A stretch of 17,847 bases of DNA from an uncultured archaeon (GTDB lineage: Archaea > Asgardarchaeota > Lokiarchaeia > Sigyniarchaeales > SOKP01), in contig CAZDTP010000067.1 of the NCBI GenBank assembly GCA_964508365.1, positions 1 through 17,847 of the forward strand, read 5' to 3'. Every line of letters begins with the position of its first letter. Position 1 is the first letter of the stretch. The notes beneath the pieces were generated by a model that did no database searches, had not been told where the DNA came from, and was given only the letters and a program-made list of their open reading frames with translations. The position numbers and the translations under genes are program-made. Shown here piece after piece: positions 8,757 to 16,636 of the stretch.

Positions 8757-9029
8757 ATGGGTGTTTATATGGGTATGGGTGATCACATGGGAAAAGTTGA
8801 AATTGATGATAGAGGTAGGTTGACCTTACCTTCTAAGATTAGAGAAAAATTATTTATTAAATCGGGGGATAAATTATCTATTAAGGTTAATAAGGATAAT
8901 TCTATTCTAATACGGAAAAGTCCTACAAAAGATCAGATTTTTAAACATCTGGTAGGTTGTATAACAACTCCTGCCGAAAAAAAAGTGACACCAGAGATGA
9001 TTAAAAGCATATGGAAGCAGTACCCATAG
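8757..9029 (+). CDS. vapB: AbrB/MazE/SpoVT-family DNA-binding antitoxin (VapB-type)
   Basis: VEIDDRGRLTLPSKIREKLFIKSGDKL is the AbrB swapped-hairpin signature. The ORF overlaps the downstream PIN gene by 19 nt. The real start may be the fourth ATG (8787). Confidence 0.85.
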   Translation: MGVYMGMGDHMGKVEIDDRGRLTLPSKIREKLFIKSGDKLSIKVNKDNSILIRKSPTKDQIFKHLVGCITTPAEKKVTPEMIKSIWKQYP

Positions 9030-9442
9030 TTTTTTTAGATTCCAATTATTGGATTTATCTTTTAGATAAAACCACAGCAGAACATCAATATGTTCGTGAA
9101 CATTTTAAAAATTTATATGATAATGCCTTCTTGGCAATAAATACCGTAGTTATGATTGAAGTAATGCATTATTTAGTTAAACGATTAGGACCTACAGTTG
9201 CGAAAGAGAAATGGGAATTATTTTCTTCAATTGATTTCATAATTGGAAATCTAGAATTTGAACAGTTTGATTTAATTTTATCTGTTTTTTGTAAATTTTC
9301 GTATACAGGTATTGGAGGGAGAGATGCTACAATTTTAAGCTTTATGGAAGGATATAATATAACAAAATTATGCACTCATGATGAAGCATTCAAGAAGATC
9401 CCAAATATTGAGATTATTGACCCTATACCTAATATAATTTAG
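9011..9442 (+). CDS. vapC: PIN-domain ribonuclease toxin (VapC-type)
   Basis: VFLDSNYW, MIEVMHYL, GRDATIL, THDEAF: all four PIN acidic catalytic residues are present. It is paired with the AbrB antitoxin. Confidence 0.88.
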   Translation: MEAVPIVFLDSNYWIYLLDKTTAEHQYVREHFKNLYDNAFLAINTVVMIEVMHYLVKRLGPTVAKEKWELFSSIDFIIGNLEFEQFDLILSVFCKFSYTGIGGRDATILSFMEGYNITKLCTHDEAFKKIPNIEIIDPIPNII

Positions 9443-9469
9443 TTTCTAGAAGAGAAGATGTGAAATATC

Positions 9470-9616
9470 TTGGATTGTCAATATTGCGGTAATGAAATCA
9501 ATAGCATTCCTTTTAGATGTAAATTCTGTGGTTATCATTATTGCTCTATTCACCGTTTAAGCGAATTACATGAATGTATCCAAGAATTAATAATCGAATC
9601 ATTTTCGAAATTTTAA
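9470..9616 (+). CDS. AN1-type zinc finger protein (48 aa, TTG start), probably the N-terminal piece of an interrupted gene
   Basis: Below the ORF-track cutoff. (M)DCQYCGNEINSIPFRCKFCGYHYCSIHRLSELHECIQE matches C-x2-C-x10-C-x2-C-x4-C-x2-H-x5-H-x-C exactly. Confidence 0.8.
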   Translation: MDCQYCGNEINSIPFRCKFCGYHYCSIHRLSELHECIQELIIESFSKF

Positions 9617-9911
9617 AGCATTAAGAAAAAGCAGATACCCATAAGCTTATCCAAGAGACAAACAAATTTAAAGAACAGGACTATCTTGTTTTTGATATTT
9701 ATTTCAATTTTATCCATTCTTGATTACTTTTTTTCAGGGCTCTTCTCTCCTATGGATCTAACTCGATCTACACGAATTCATTATAGAATTATTTTACAGC
9801 CTTATTAGTATATGGATTTATTTATCCTTTAGAGATAATTAATTAGTAATGAATTACAAAAAAATATATATAATTTATAGATTTTATTTTTAAGAGAAAT
9901 TACGGCAGTAG
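9617..9911 (+). pseudogene. Decayed membrane-domain continuation of the AN1 gene (rhomboid/Derlin-like by eye)
   Basis: The same frame reopens after TAA 9614-9616 for 63 codons: basic linker, hydrophobic helix RTILFLIFISILSILDYFFSGLF, then HYRII. FTALLVYG follows in another frame (9793-9816) and IYRFYF*EK in the third frame. Confidence 0.45.
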
Positions 9912-10005
9912 TTTTATTTGTGATGTAATAGCATAAAATAATGTTTAAGGTAAACTATTTCAGTTATTCATCTTTTAGATGCAAAACATCTAATTAATCA
10001 TCATA

Positions 10006-11454
10006 ATGAGTACAATCACGACACCACGAGAGCTGCGTGGAAAACGATTATTTGGATATTCTCTTGGAGATTTAGGACTGAATCTAACTAATTTGTTTAT
10101 AGGTGTTTTTATTTTCCAATATTACGTCTATACTATTAATTTAAATGCTCTATTGGTATCAATTGGTGTCACAACTCAATTTGTCATTGGTGCTTTCGCT
10201 GCCATAATTTTTGGGGTTATTATAGACAATAAAAAGCCGGGAAAGTTTGGGAAACGACGACCTTTTTTATTAATTGGTCTACCTATATGGTTTATTGCAA
10301 CGATTATGGTATGGTTTCCACCACTTTGTCCTCCGGATAATTCTTTTTATCTTCCTACAGCTCTCTTTTTCTGGGTTGTGATGTTAACTCAAACAATTTT
10401 TAGAACACTTTTATTCACTGTTTACATTTCGATGCTTCCAGAACAGTCTCAGACTCTAAAAAACCGAGAAAGGGTTGCATCAATTCGATCGGCTTTTTCT
10501 ATCGTCGCTTCAATTATCGCTATGCTCCTCCCTTTAATCGTTCAAAGCTTGTTAAATATGCCCACAAATGTTAAATGGTGGGAAGATTCTGGAAAAATCA
10601 TAATACTATTTATTCCATTGATAGGACTAATTTTTTCAGTCTTTGGATTAATAAGTGTAATAATTATATACTTCTCTGTAGATGAGAGTTTCCACAATAA
10701 TAGCGTTAGTACAGAATTCGAGAAAACTAAAATTAAAGAAGCATTTATTCGAATGTCGACCCCTATCAAAGATAAAAATTTCGTTAAATTGTTGTTCGCA
10801 GGATTTTTCATAGGTATTTGTGGAAAAAGCGTTGCATTACTTGTAATTCCCTTTCAAACCTACTTAATGGAATTTCAATTTTTAGAGTTTTATATTTATA
10901 TTTTTATTTCTATCTTCGGGAAATTCATTTGGTTTTTTGTATGGAAAAGAATTCTTAAGAGGAATCATATTGTTAATTCCTACGCAATTTGCATATTGTT
11001 AGCAGTTATAGCTTCCTTGATGGATGTAATTTTCTTAATTAATGAGCTTCCGTACGGTATCAAAATACTATTGTATATTGTATCTTGGAGTACAGTTCTA
11101 GGGTCTATGTATGCATATCCTCTCTTTTCTATTCCGATAACAGCTTCACTTGTGCATGAAGCTGCTAAAAATGATAAATCAACTAATTTAGATAAGGCGA
11201 TGGCGAAAATTTCTGGATCCTATTATGGCTTAGAATCATTCGTACAATCAATGGGTCCTGCTTTCGCCTCGATGTTTGTAGGAAGCATCCTCTCTGGTCC
11301 AAATGAAGAAAATCCGTTTGTAATTATTATTATATTTATTTCTATTGGAGTATTTTATTTCATTGCGTTTATTTTTGTTAAAAGAATTACACTTTCCAAA
11401 GATTCTTACTATAACAAACAAATCATAGAACAAGATAGGATATTATTTGAGTAG
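10006..11454 (+). CDS. MFS transporter, glycoside-pentoside-hexuronide (MelB/GPH) cation symporter family
   Basis: LFGYSLGDLG N-terminus, GAFAAIIFGVIID...KFGKRRPFLL motif, VYISMLPE...RERVASIR, about 12 hydrophobic segments, SGSYYG near the C-terminus. Confidence 0.88.
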   Translation: MSTITTPRELRGKRLFGYSLGDLGLNLTNLFIGVFIFQYYVYTINLNALLVSIGVTTQFVIGAFAAIIFGVIIDNKKPGKFGKRRPFLLIGLPIWFIATIMVWFPPLCPPDNSFYLPTALFFWVVMLTQTIFRTLLFTVYISMLPEQSQTLKNRERVASIRSAFSIVASIIAMLLPLIVQSLLNMPTNVKWWEDSGKIIILFIPLIGLIFSVFGLISVIIIYFSVDESFHNNSVSTEFEKTKIKEAFIRMSTPIKDKNFVKLLFAGFFIGICGKSVALLVIPFQTYLMEFQFLEFYIYIFISIFGKFIWFFVWKRILKRNHIVNSYAICILLAVIASLMDVIFLINELPYGIKILLYIVSWSTVLGSMYAYPLFSIPITASLVHEAAKNDKSTNLDKAMAKISGSYYGLESFVQSMGPAFASMFVGSILSGPNEENPFVIIIIFISIGVFYFIAFIFVKRITLSKDSYYNKQIIEQDRILFE

Positions 11455-11471
11455 CTTCAAAGAGCTATTAT

Positions 11472-11503
11472 AAATCTTTTTTTGCTTAAAAAATAGATTT
11501 TTA
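11472..11503 (+). terminator. AT-rich hairpin with T7 tract downstream of the MFS gene
   Basis: AAATCTTTTTTT-GCTT-AAAAAATAGATTT can form an 11-bp stem with one mismatch, 18 nt after the stop, facing a convergent small ORF. Confidence 0.45.
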
Positions 11504-11644
11504 TTTCCCAAAATCAAATATAATTAATTTTAATTCGAAGATCTAATCTAGGGCAATAAAAATGGAAGTAGTGCCAATTAGGAAGCCAGAGATATAAGTT
11601 TTTTGAAAAATTCGAGTTAATGTATAATTTCTATATAATTCTAT

Positions 11645-11824
11645 TTATAACCAAGTATATTCACTTTCATCAAGTTTTTTATGAAATTTTTTTTCATCTT
11701 TTTTTAATTGACTTACTTTACTATTTCTTGAATAAGGTTTTATTTCTTCTTGGTGTTGTTTCCCGCCTTTATCATGTTTGTGATCTTTAAGATGACTTAC
11801 TCTATGTTCGTACTTTTTACTCGT
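11645..11824 (-). CDS. Small His/Lys-rich hypothetical protein (59 aa) with near-cognate ACG start
   Basis: (M)SKKYEHRVSHLKDHKHDKGGKQHQEEIKPYSRNSKVSQLKKDEKKFHKKLDESEYTWL*. AAGGAG (11838-11833) lies 8 nt upstream of ACG, and TATAAATA is at 11869-11862. Confidence 0.5.
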   Translation of the reverse strand, partial: TSKKYEHRVSHLKDHKHDKGGKQHQEEIKPYSRNSKVSQLKKDEKKFHKKLDESEYTWL

Positions 11825-11923
11825 ATTAATTACTCCTTTAATCCATTAGGATTAAGTAACATATTTATAGCTCTTATAATAAGTTTTTGTATAAATTGCA
11901 TCATTTCCTTCTTATTATTGGAT

Positions 11924-11954
11924 TATTGAAGTAATTTTGTATTGAAGTAATTTT
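11924..11954. repeat. Tandem duplication TATTGAAGTAATTTT x2
   Basis: Exact 15-bp copies at 11924-11938 and 11940-11954. Confidence 0.75.
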
Positions 11955-11972
11955 TTTCTATTTAACTTTTAA

Positions 11973-12045
11973 AATTACTCGGAAATTCTCGAATGTTTAA
12001 CTCTAATTTTTTAAATTCTCGGTTTAATTACTCGAGATATTTCTC
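11973..12045. promoter_or_regulatory. Array of about six degenerate direct repeats (AATTACTCG / AAATTCTCG), putative operator array
   Basis: AATTACTCG at 11973 and 12026, AAATTCTCG at 11983 and 12013, TTTAACTC at 11996, TATTTCTC at 12038. The array lies between divergent TATA-like boxes. Confidence 0.45.
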
Positions 12046-12077
12046 AAATATCCTAAATAAAGAATCGAAACAATTAG

Positions 12078-12088
12078 TTTTATATAAA
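12078..12088 (+). promoter_or_regulatory. Putative TATA box of the acyl-CoA ligase gene
   Basis: TTTTATATAAA ending about 54 nt upstream of ATG 12142. Confidence 0.5.
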
Positions 12089-12141
12089 CAAAAATCAAAT
12101 ATATTCACATTAATTCAATAATATAAAAAAGGCTAGTAAAA

Positions 12142-13899
12142 ATGGCAGTACCCAAATGGTATGTTGATGATAATAAACCTTGGTTTAAAAAATATCAAGA
12201 AGGTGTTCCCAAGCACCCAGAGTTCCCAGTAATAAGCTTAGGTGATTGGTTTGATCAAAAAACTGAAGAATTTGCCAAAAATAAGTGTATGTATTTTTCG
12301 AAAACATTTATGAATTATCGAGTCTTAAGAAAATATACAGATTCTCTTGCTACGTCATTATCCCGACAGGGGGTAAAAAAGGGTGATGTTATCGCCATTC
12401 TATTACCTAATTGTTTTCAATTTACAATCACTTATTTTGCTACTGTTAAACTGGGAGGAATTGTAATCCCTATTAATCCAACTTATAAACCTTTAGAAAT
12501 TTTCCACGTCCTCGAACAAGTAAAACCAAAAGGACTTGTTTGTATGGATGTAATGTATGGTCTTATTAAACCCATACAAGAGAAGTATAAATTTGATTTC
12601 GTGATTTCTACCTGTATTGTTGATTTAGCTGCGATTCCTCCTGCCGTCAAAGAACAATTAATTGCGGATGGAACAATTCCTAAAGGAGAGGTTCCTGGAG
12701 CTATAAACTTCTTAGATGTATGTCAAAAACGGGGTGAAGTCGATATTCCCGAAGTAGAAATTGATCCGTTGAATGATACGGCAGTTTATTTAATGACCGG
12801 TGGTACTACAGGCGTTCCCAAACCTGCTATAATTACTCACTACAACTGTGTGACTAATGCGAAGCAAAATGTAATGTGGATGCCTGACGCTTCTCATCCA
12901 ATGGCTTGTATAGGTATTTTACCCATGTTCCATGCTTTTGGAATGACTATCGTTCAAAATGTTGTAATAGAAGGAGGAGACTATAATATTCTTTTCGCAA
13001 AAAGAGAACTTGAATTAAAAGAAGTTGTAGATACAATTGTAGAGGTTGGTCCTCCGGGAGGGGTTATTTTACCAGGAGTTGAAAACCTTTTCATTGGTCT
13101 AACTCGCTATTTAAAAGCAAATCCCGAACCTAAATTGGCTAATATGTTTCGTCTGTGTGTTAGTGGCGCGGGACCGCTACATAAACCGGTAAAGGATGCG
13201 TTTGAAGCAATCGGTGGTGGAAGACTTGTTGAGGCTTATGGACTTACGGAATGCACGACTGCAGTAAGTATAGGGCCATTTAATGGAACAGATACCGCGG
13301 GCACCATTGGTTTACCATTACCAGGTGTTGAATGGGCAATCTTCGACTCAGAAGACTTCAGTAAGGGACAATTAAAAGGATATGGAATAGATTTTACTGG
13401 AGAGATCTGCGTATGTGGTCCCCAAGTAATGAAAGGGTATTTAAATAGACCTGAAGCCACAGCTGAAGTATTAAAGGAGTGGGAAGGACGAACATGGTGT
13501 TTAACAGGGGATATTGGATACATGGACGAACATGGACAAATGGTTATTAGAGATAGAAAGAAACAAATGATTAAATATAAAGGTTATTCCGTTTTTCCAA
13601 AGGAAGTAGAAGATTTGTTAGGTTCTCACCCTGATGTAATGGAAGTAGCTGTTGCTGGATTACCTGATGTTGAAACAGGAGAAATAGTGAAGGCATGGGT
13701 CCAACTACAAGATGATTCAGTGGGTAAAATTTCTTCTGAGGAGCTAATTGCATGGAGTAAAGACAATATTACACATTATAAGTGCCCTAAACAAATTGAA
13801 ATTATAAAAGAAATTCCAAAATCCATGGTAGGAAAAGTCCAAAGAAGGGTTTTGCAAATAAACGATCCAATCTGGAAAGAGAAATACGGAGAAACCTAA
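12142..13899 (+). CDS. fadD: Long-chain fatty acid--CoA ligase (ANL/AMP-binding superfamily, FadD-like)
   Basis: YLMTGGTTGVPK (P-loop), LPMFHAFG, CVSGAGPL, EAYGLTE, GTIGLP, GEICVCGPQVMKGY, TGDIGYMD, DRKKQMIKYKGYSVFPKEVE, IPKSMVGKVQRR. Confidence 0.9.
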   Translation: MAVPKWYVDDNKPWFKKYQEGVPKHPEFPVISLGDWFDQKTEEFAKNKCMYFSKTFMNYRVLRKYTDSLATSLSRQGVKKGDVIAILLPNCFQFTITYFATVKLGGIVIPINPTYKPLEIFHVLEQVKPKGLVCMDVMYGLIKPIQEKYKFDFVISTCIVDLAAIPPAVKEQLIADGTIPKGEVPGAINFLDVCQKRGEVDIPEVEIDPLNDTAVYLMTGGTTGVPKPAIITHYNCVTNAKQNVMWMPDASHPMACIGILPMFHAFGMTIVQNVVIEGGDYNILFAKRELELKEVVDTIVEVGPPGGVILPGVENLFIGLTRYLKANPEPKLANMFRLCVSGAGPLHKPVKDAFEAIGGGRLVEAYGLTECTTAVSIGPFNGTDTAGTIGLPLPGVEWAIFDSEDFSKGQLKGYGIDFTGEICVCGPQVMKGYLNRPEATAEVLKEWEGRTWCLTGDIGYMDEHGQMVIRDRKKQMIKYKGYSVFPKEVEDLLGSHPDVMEVAVAGLPDVETGEIVKAWVQLQDDSVGKISSEELIAWSKDNITHYKCPKQIEIIKEIPKSMVGKVQRRVLQINDPIWKEKYGET

Positions 13900-13940
13900 T
13901 TTTTTTTGTAATATTATTTTTTTTTGTAATATTTTTTTTT
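13900..13940 (+). terminator. Triple oligo-T terminator built from a tandem duplication (T8-GTAATATTA-T9-GTAATATT-T7)
   Basis: Begins immediately after the TAA of the ligase. Poly-U termination is the established archaeal mode. Confidence 0.65.
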
Positions 13941-14065
13941 AATTTTAAGACATAAAGCAATCTAATTTGTATCATAATGCTTTTATGATAAGTGATAAAA
14001 TTTAAAAAAAAGTTGAAGTTTGCATCCTCACTCAAATTAGAAAATTTGCGCTTAACTCCTTTTAT

Positions 14066-14524
14066 TTAAAGAAGCGCTTTCCAAGTGGCGATACAATCCT
14101 CATTTTTGACTTTATAGACTTTTTCAATTTTTTTCCAGATTATATTATCAAGAATTTTACCATCCCATAATTGGTTTAAAAGATTAGCGATTCCTCGAAT
14201 ATGTTCATCGGTATCTCCATAAATAGTAATTCTTAGAGCATGACTTAAAGCTTTGTCAGCCCATCCTGTTAAATGAGTAGTATCTTCAATATAAACTTTT
14301 AATTGAGGCGCTAATAAATAATACGTATGGGCTCTCGCTCCACCAGCTCTACCATCAATAACAGTGGGATCGAATTGACTAAGATAATCTCGCATTTCGT
14401 TATCAAAATTTGGCACTACCCTACTAAAAGTGCGTCTAGTTTTGGATGGGTGTCCATAAAGTACAGTTTTGCGGAGTTGGGTTATACCTAACTCATCAGC
14501 CTGTTGACGAATTTTTTCAACCAT
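14066..14524 (-). CDS. Hypothetical protein (152 aa)
   Basis: Clean ORF with protein-like composition and GC above the flanking intergenic DNA. No family recognised. Confidence 0.75.
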   Translation of the reverse strand: MVEKIRQQADELGITQLRKTVLYGHPSKTRRTFSRVVPNFDNEMRDYLSQFDPTVIDGRAGGARAHTYYLLAPQLKVYIEDTTHLTGWADKALSHALRITIYGDTDEHIRGIANLLNQLWDGKILDNIIWKKIEKVYKVKNEDCIATWKALL

Positions 14525-14822
14525 AAGTTTCCACCATGGATTCTTGCTTAATATTAATAAAAGATCTTTTTTAATGTTTTCCTCATTTTTCCTACATTTA
14601 TGTATAGCAATTAAATTACTAATTTATTTTAACCAAAAAACTCTGTAAATTTTAACATCAGAATATTTAATTTCAAAAACAAATAATTTAAAATACTTGA
14701 GGATATTTTCACTATAAACTAAATCCTTATTCTCACTCAACTTTTTCATAATATACAAAATAAATAAGATTTTTTAGCTTCAGCCCTTATGAATTTAAGA
14801 ATAATATTGCTTTCTAATAGTG

Positions 14823-15257
14823 CTATTCTTTTAGCGTGTAAATTGTATCACAATGTTGATCTCCTGCCGCAATGGTTTTAAGAATTTTTAGAACGATCTT
14901 ATCACTAGCCGCTTCACGAAAATACTCATGATCAATTGCCATAACTGCTTCACATAACGCTCTAGCTGTATTTTCAAGACCAAAAGGGTACCTGGTACCT
15001 TGAATGTGAAAACTTTCATCTGAAATAGAAATTATCTTAACAAAATTCGGATTAAAGCTCTTCGAAAAAACTCAATAAATCCTGACTTTTTTTTTATTAA
15101 AATCTTATATAAACTATCTTACTTGCTTTAAAATTAATTCCCCAAATGGAAATTTCCAACCCCGATCACATTCTAGTAGATATAAATCATTTAATGCTCT
15201 TGAATTCGGATATTTCTTGGTATATTACACATATAAATATTTGCATGGAAAGTCCAT
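14823..15257 (-). pseudogene. Pseudogene of an L-2-amino-thiazoline-4-carboxylic acid hydrolase-like (V4R-related Cys-motif) protein
   Basis: Start-less open frame 15071-14823: SKSFNPNFVKIISISDESFHIQGTRYPFGLENTARALCEAVMAIDHEY...LKTIAAGDQHCDTIYTLKE* (family pattern CP..C...D...TiA.G...C, with the first C appearing as Y). Frameshift at the T6 run 15065-15070. The 5' part (to ATG 15257) is more tentative. Confidence 0.55.
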
Positions 15258-15310
15258 AATTTTAAATTCTGAACTATTATTGAAAATTTTTAGGCTCTAA
15301 AGATAAGAGC

Positions 15311-16636
15311 TCAAATTTGCTCAACGAGAATGTAGATATTAAATATAGTTCCTTCGTTGGCTTTGCTAAAAACTTCAATTTTGCCTTTAAAATCACTTAG
15401 ATATGAATAAACCATTGTTAACCCAAGTCCTGTACCTTTATCAGAGTTTTTTGTAGTAAAAAATGTTTCAAATATATGAGGTAAAATTGATTTATCCATT
15501 CCAACTCCACTATCCTTTACAGAAAGAATAACATAATTACCAGGATCTAGAGTAAAACTTTCATATTTTGTAGATTTGCTAAGGCTTAAATTCTTCGTCA
15601 AAATCGTTATTTTCCCTCCAGTGGGCATAGCATCCCTGGCATTATTGATAAGATTAATTAAAATCCGTTTAATTTTTCCAGAATCTCCCCGAATATCCCA
15701 TAGATTCTGCGATAAATCCATTTCGATTAAAATCTGATCATTGATTAAATAACCAAGTAAATTCACTAATTCGGTAATAATTTGATTTATACTAATATCA
15801 TCTTCAATTTCAGTTAACTGCCCATAATTAAATAATTCATCTACAACTTTGGAGGAATCATTTACAGCCGACTTAACTTCGTTTAAAAATGTTGATACAT
15901 CCTCCCCTTTATCTATTTTCAGTAATGCTAAATTGATGTTGTTTTCTATGATAGAGAGAGAATGTCTAAAATCATGTATTATTCCAATTGACAGTAATCC
16001 AATACTTTCAATTCTTTGAAAATTTTGTAAATTCTGTTTTAAAATTTTTTTAGCCTTAAGATTATTCTTAATTTCATTATGTTGAATTATTGTTTGTGTG
16101 TCATTAATATCGATGAGGACTGATCGATGTAAACTAGCAATATCTAAAATTTGGTGCTTTTGATATTTAAAAATTGGATAAGTACAAATTGCTTTTATAA
16201 ATTTTTCTTTAATTAGAGAGTTTAATTGAAGTTCATAATCCAAATAAGCATCGAAATCTTCTTTACTGATTAGATGAGTATCACCTGTAATCCTTATACC
16301 ACTATAACCTCTTTTTAATGCATAGCTAAGGTTTTGCATCCAGCTATTAAGTATCTTTTTGGCATTAAATGGACCGAAACTGCTGTACCAATCCTTATAA
16401 TTATAAAAATTAATTTGTTCTTTTTCTATATAATCATTCAATTTGTAATATTTTTCTAAAAAATAATCGATTATTTCATGTTCTGTAATATTCTCGGATA
16501 ATACCCATATACAATATTCATTATTTTCTAAACCTTCCTTAAAGAATAAGGCTAAAACTTTAAGTAAATTATCTTTATTTTCATAAAAATAACAGAAATG
16601 GCTTCCCCAATCAAGTTTTTCAAAATTAGTACTTAT
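15311..16636 (-). CDS. MEDS-domain sensor histidine kinase (441 aa if started at ATA 16636)
   Basis: The frame is open 65 codons upstream of the track's TTG (16441) and encodes the first half of MEDS (DWGSHFCYFYE...FFKEGLENNEYCIWV). The rest of MEDS is DWY...W...ALKRGYSGIRITGD. Kinase boxes: H GIIHDF, N NLINNARDAM, G1 DSGVGM, F FETFFTTK, G2 GTGLGL. Confidence 0.85.
   Translation of the reverse strand: MSTNFEKLDWGSHFCYFYENKDNLLKVLALFFKEGLENNEYCIWVLSENITEHEIIDYFLEKYYKLNDYIEKEQINFYNYKDWYSSFGPFNAKKILNSWMQNLSYALKRGYSGIRITGDTHLISKEDFDAYLDYELQLNSLIKEKFIKAICTYPIFKYQKHQILDIASLHRSVLIDINDTQTIIQHNEIKNNLKAKKILKQNLQNFQRIESIGLLSIGIIHDFRHSLSIIENNINLALLKIDKGEDVSTFLNEVKSAVNDSSKVVDELFNYGQLTEIEDDISINQIITELVNLLGYLINDQILIEMDLSQNLWDIRGDSGKIKRILINLINNARDAMPTGGKITILTKNLSLSKSTKYESFTLDPGNYVILSVKDSGVGMDKSILPHIFETFFTTKNSDKGTGLGLTMVYSYLSDFKGKIEVFSKANEGTIFNIYILVEQI

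Noticed and set aside
912-9442. Integrated mobile element bounded by the tRNA remnant
   Set aside because: No integrase, transposase, replication gene or second att copy in the window. This cannot be excluded beyond the window edges.
9458-9472. ATG-TGA in frame with the AN1 finger read as selenocysteine (Lokiarchaeia are known to use Sec), or VapC read-through into AN1 (same frame)
   Set aside because: The TGA would be residue 2, outside the zinc ligands. No SECIS was recognised. VapC-AN1 fusion would need read-through of two different stops. A TTG start is simpler.
11924-11954. ATTGAAG repeats as a CRISPR array
   Set aside because: Only two adjacent 15-bp copies, no spacers and no cas genes in the window.
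11881-12060. Minus-strand LRR/coiled-coil-like coding remnant (…LELNIREFPSNFKS…)
   Set aside because: Multiple stops in the frame. The apparent periodicity is explained by the DNA repeat array.
14515-14537. 6-codon uORF (MVETYG*) overlapping the start of the 152-aa gene
   Set aside because: It arises from a 13-bp duplication of ATGGTKGAAA. There is no evidence of a regulatory role.
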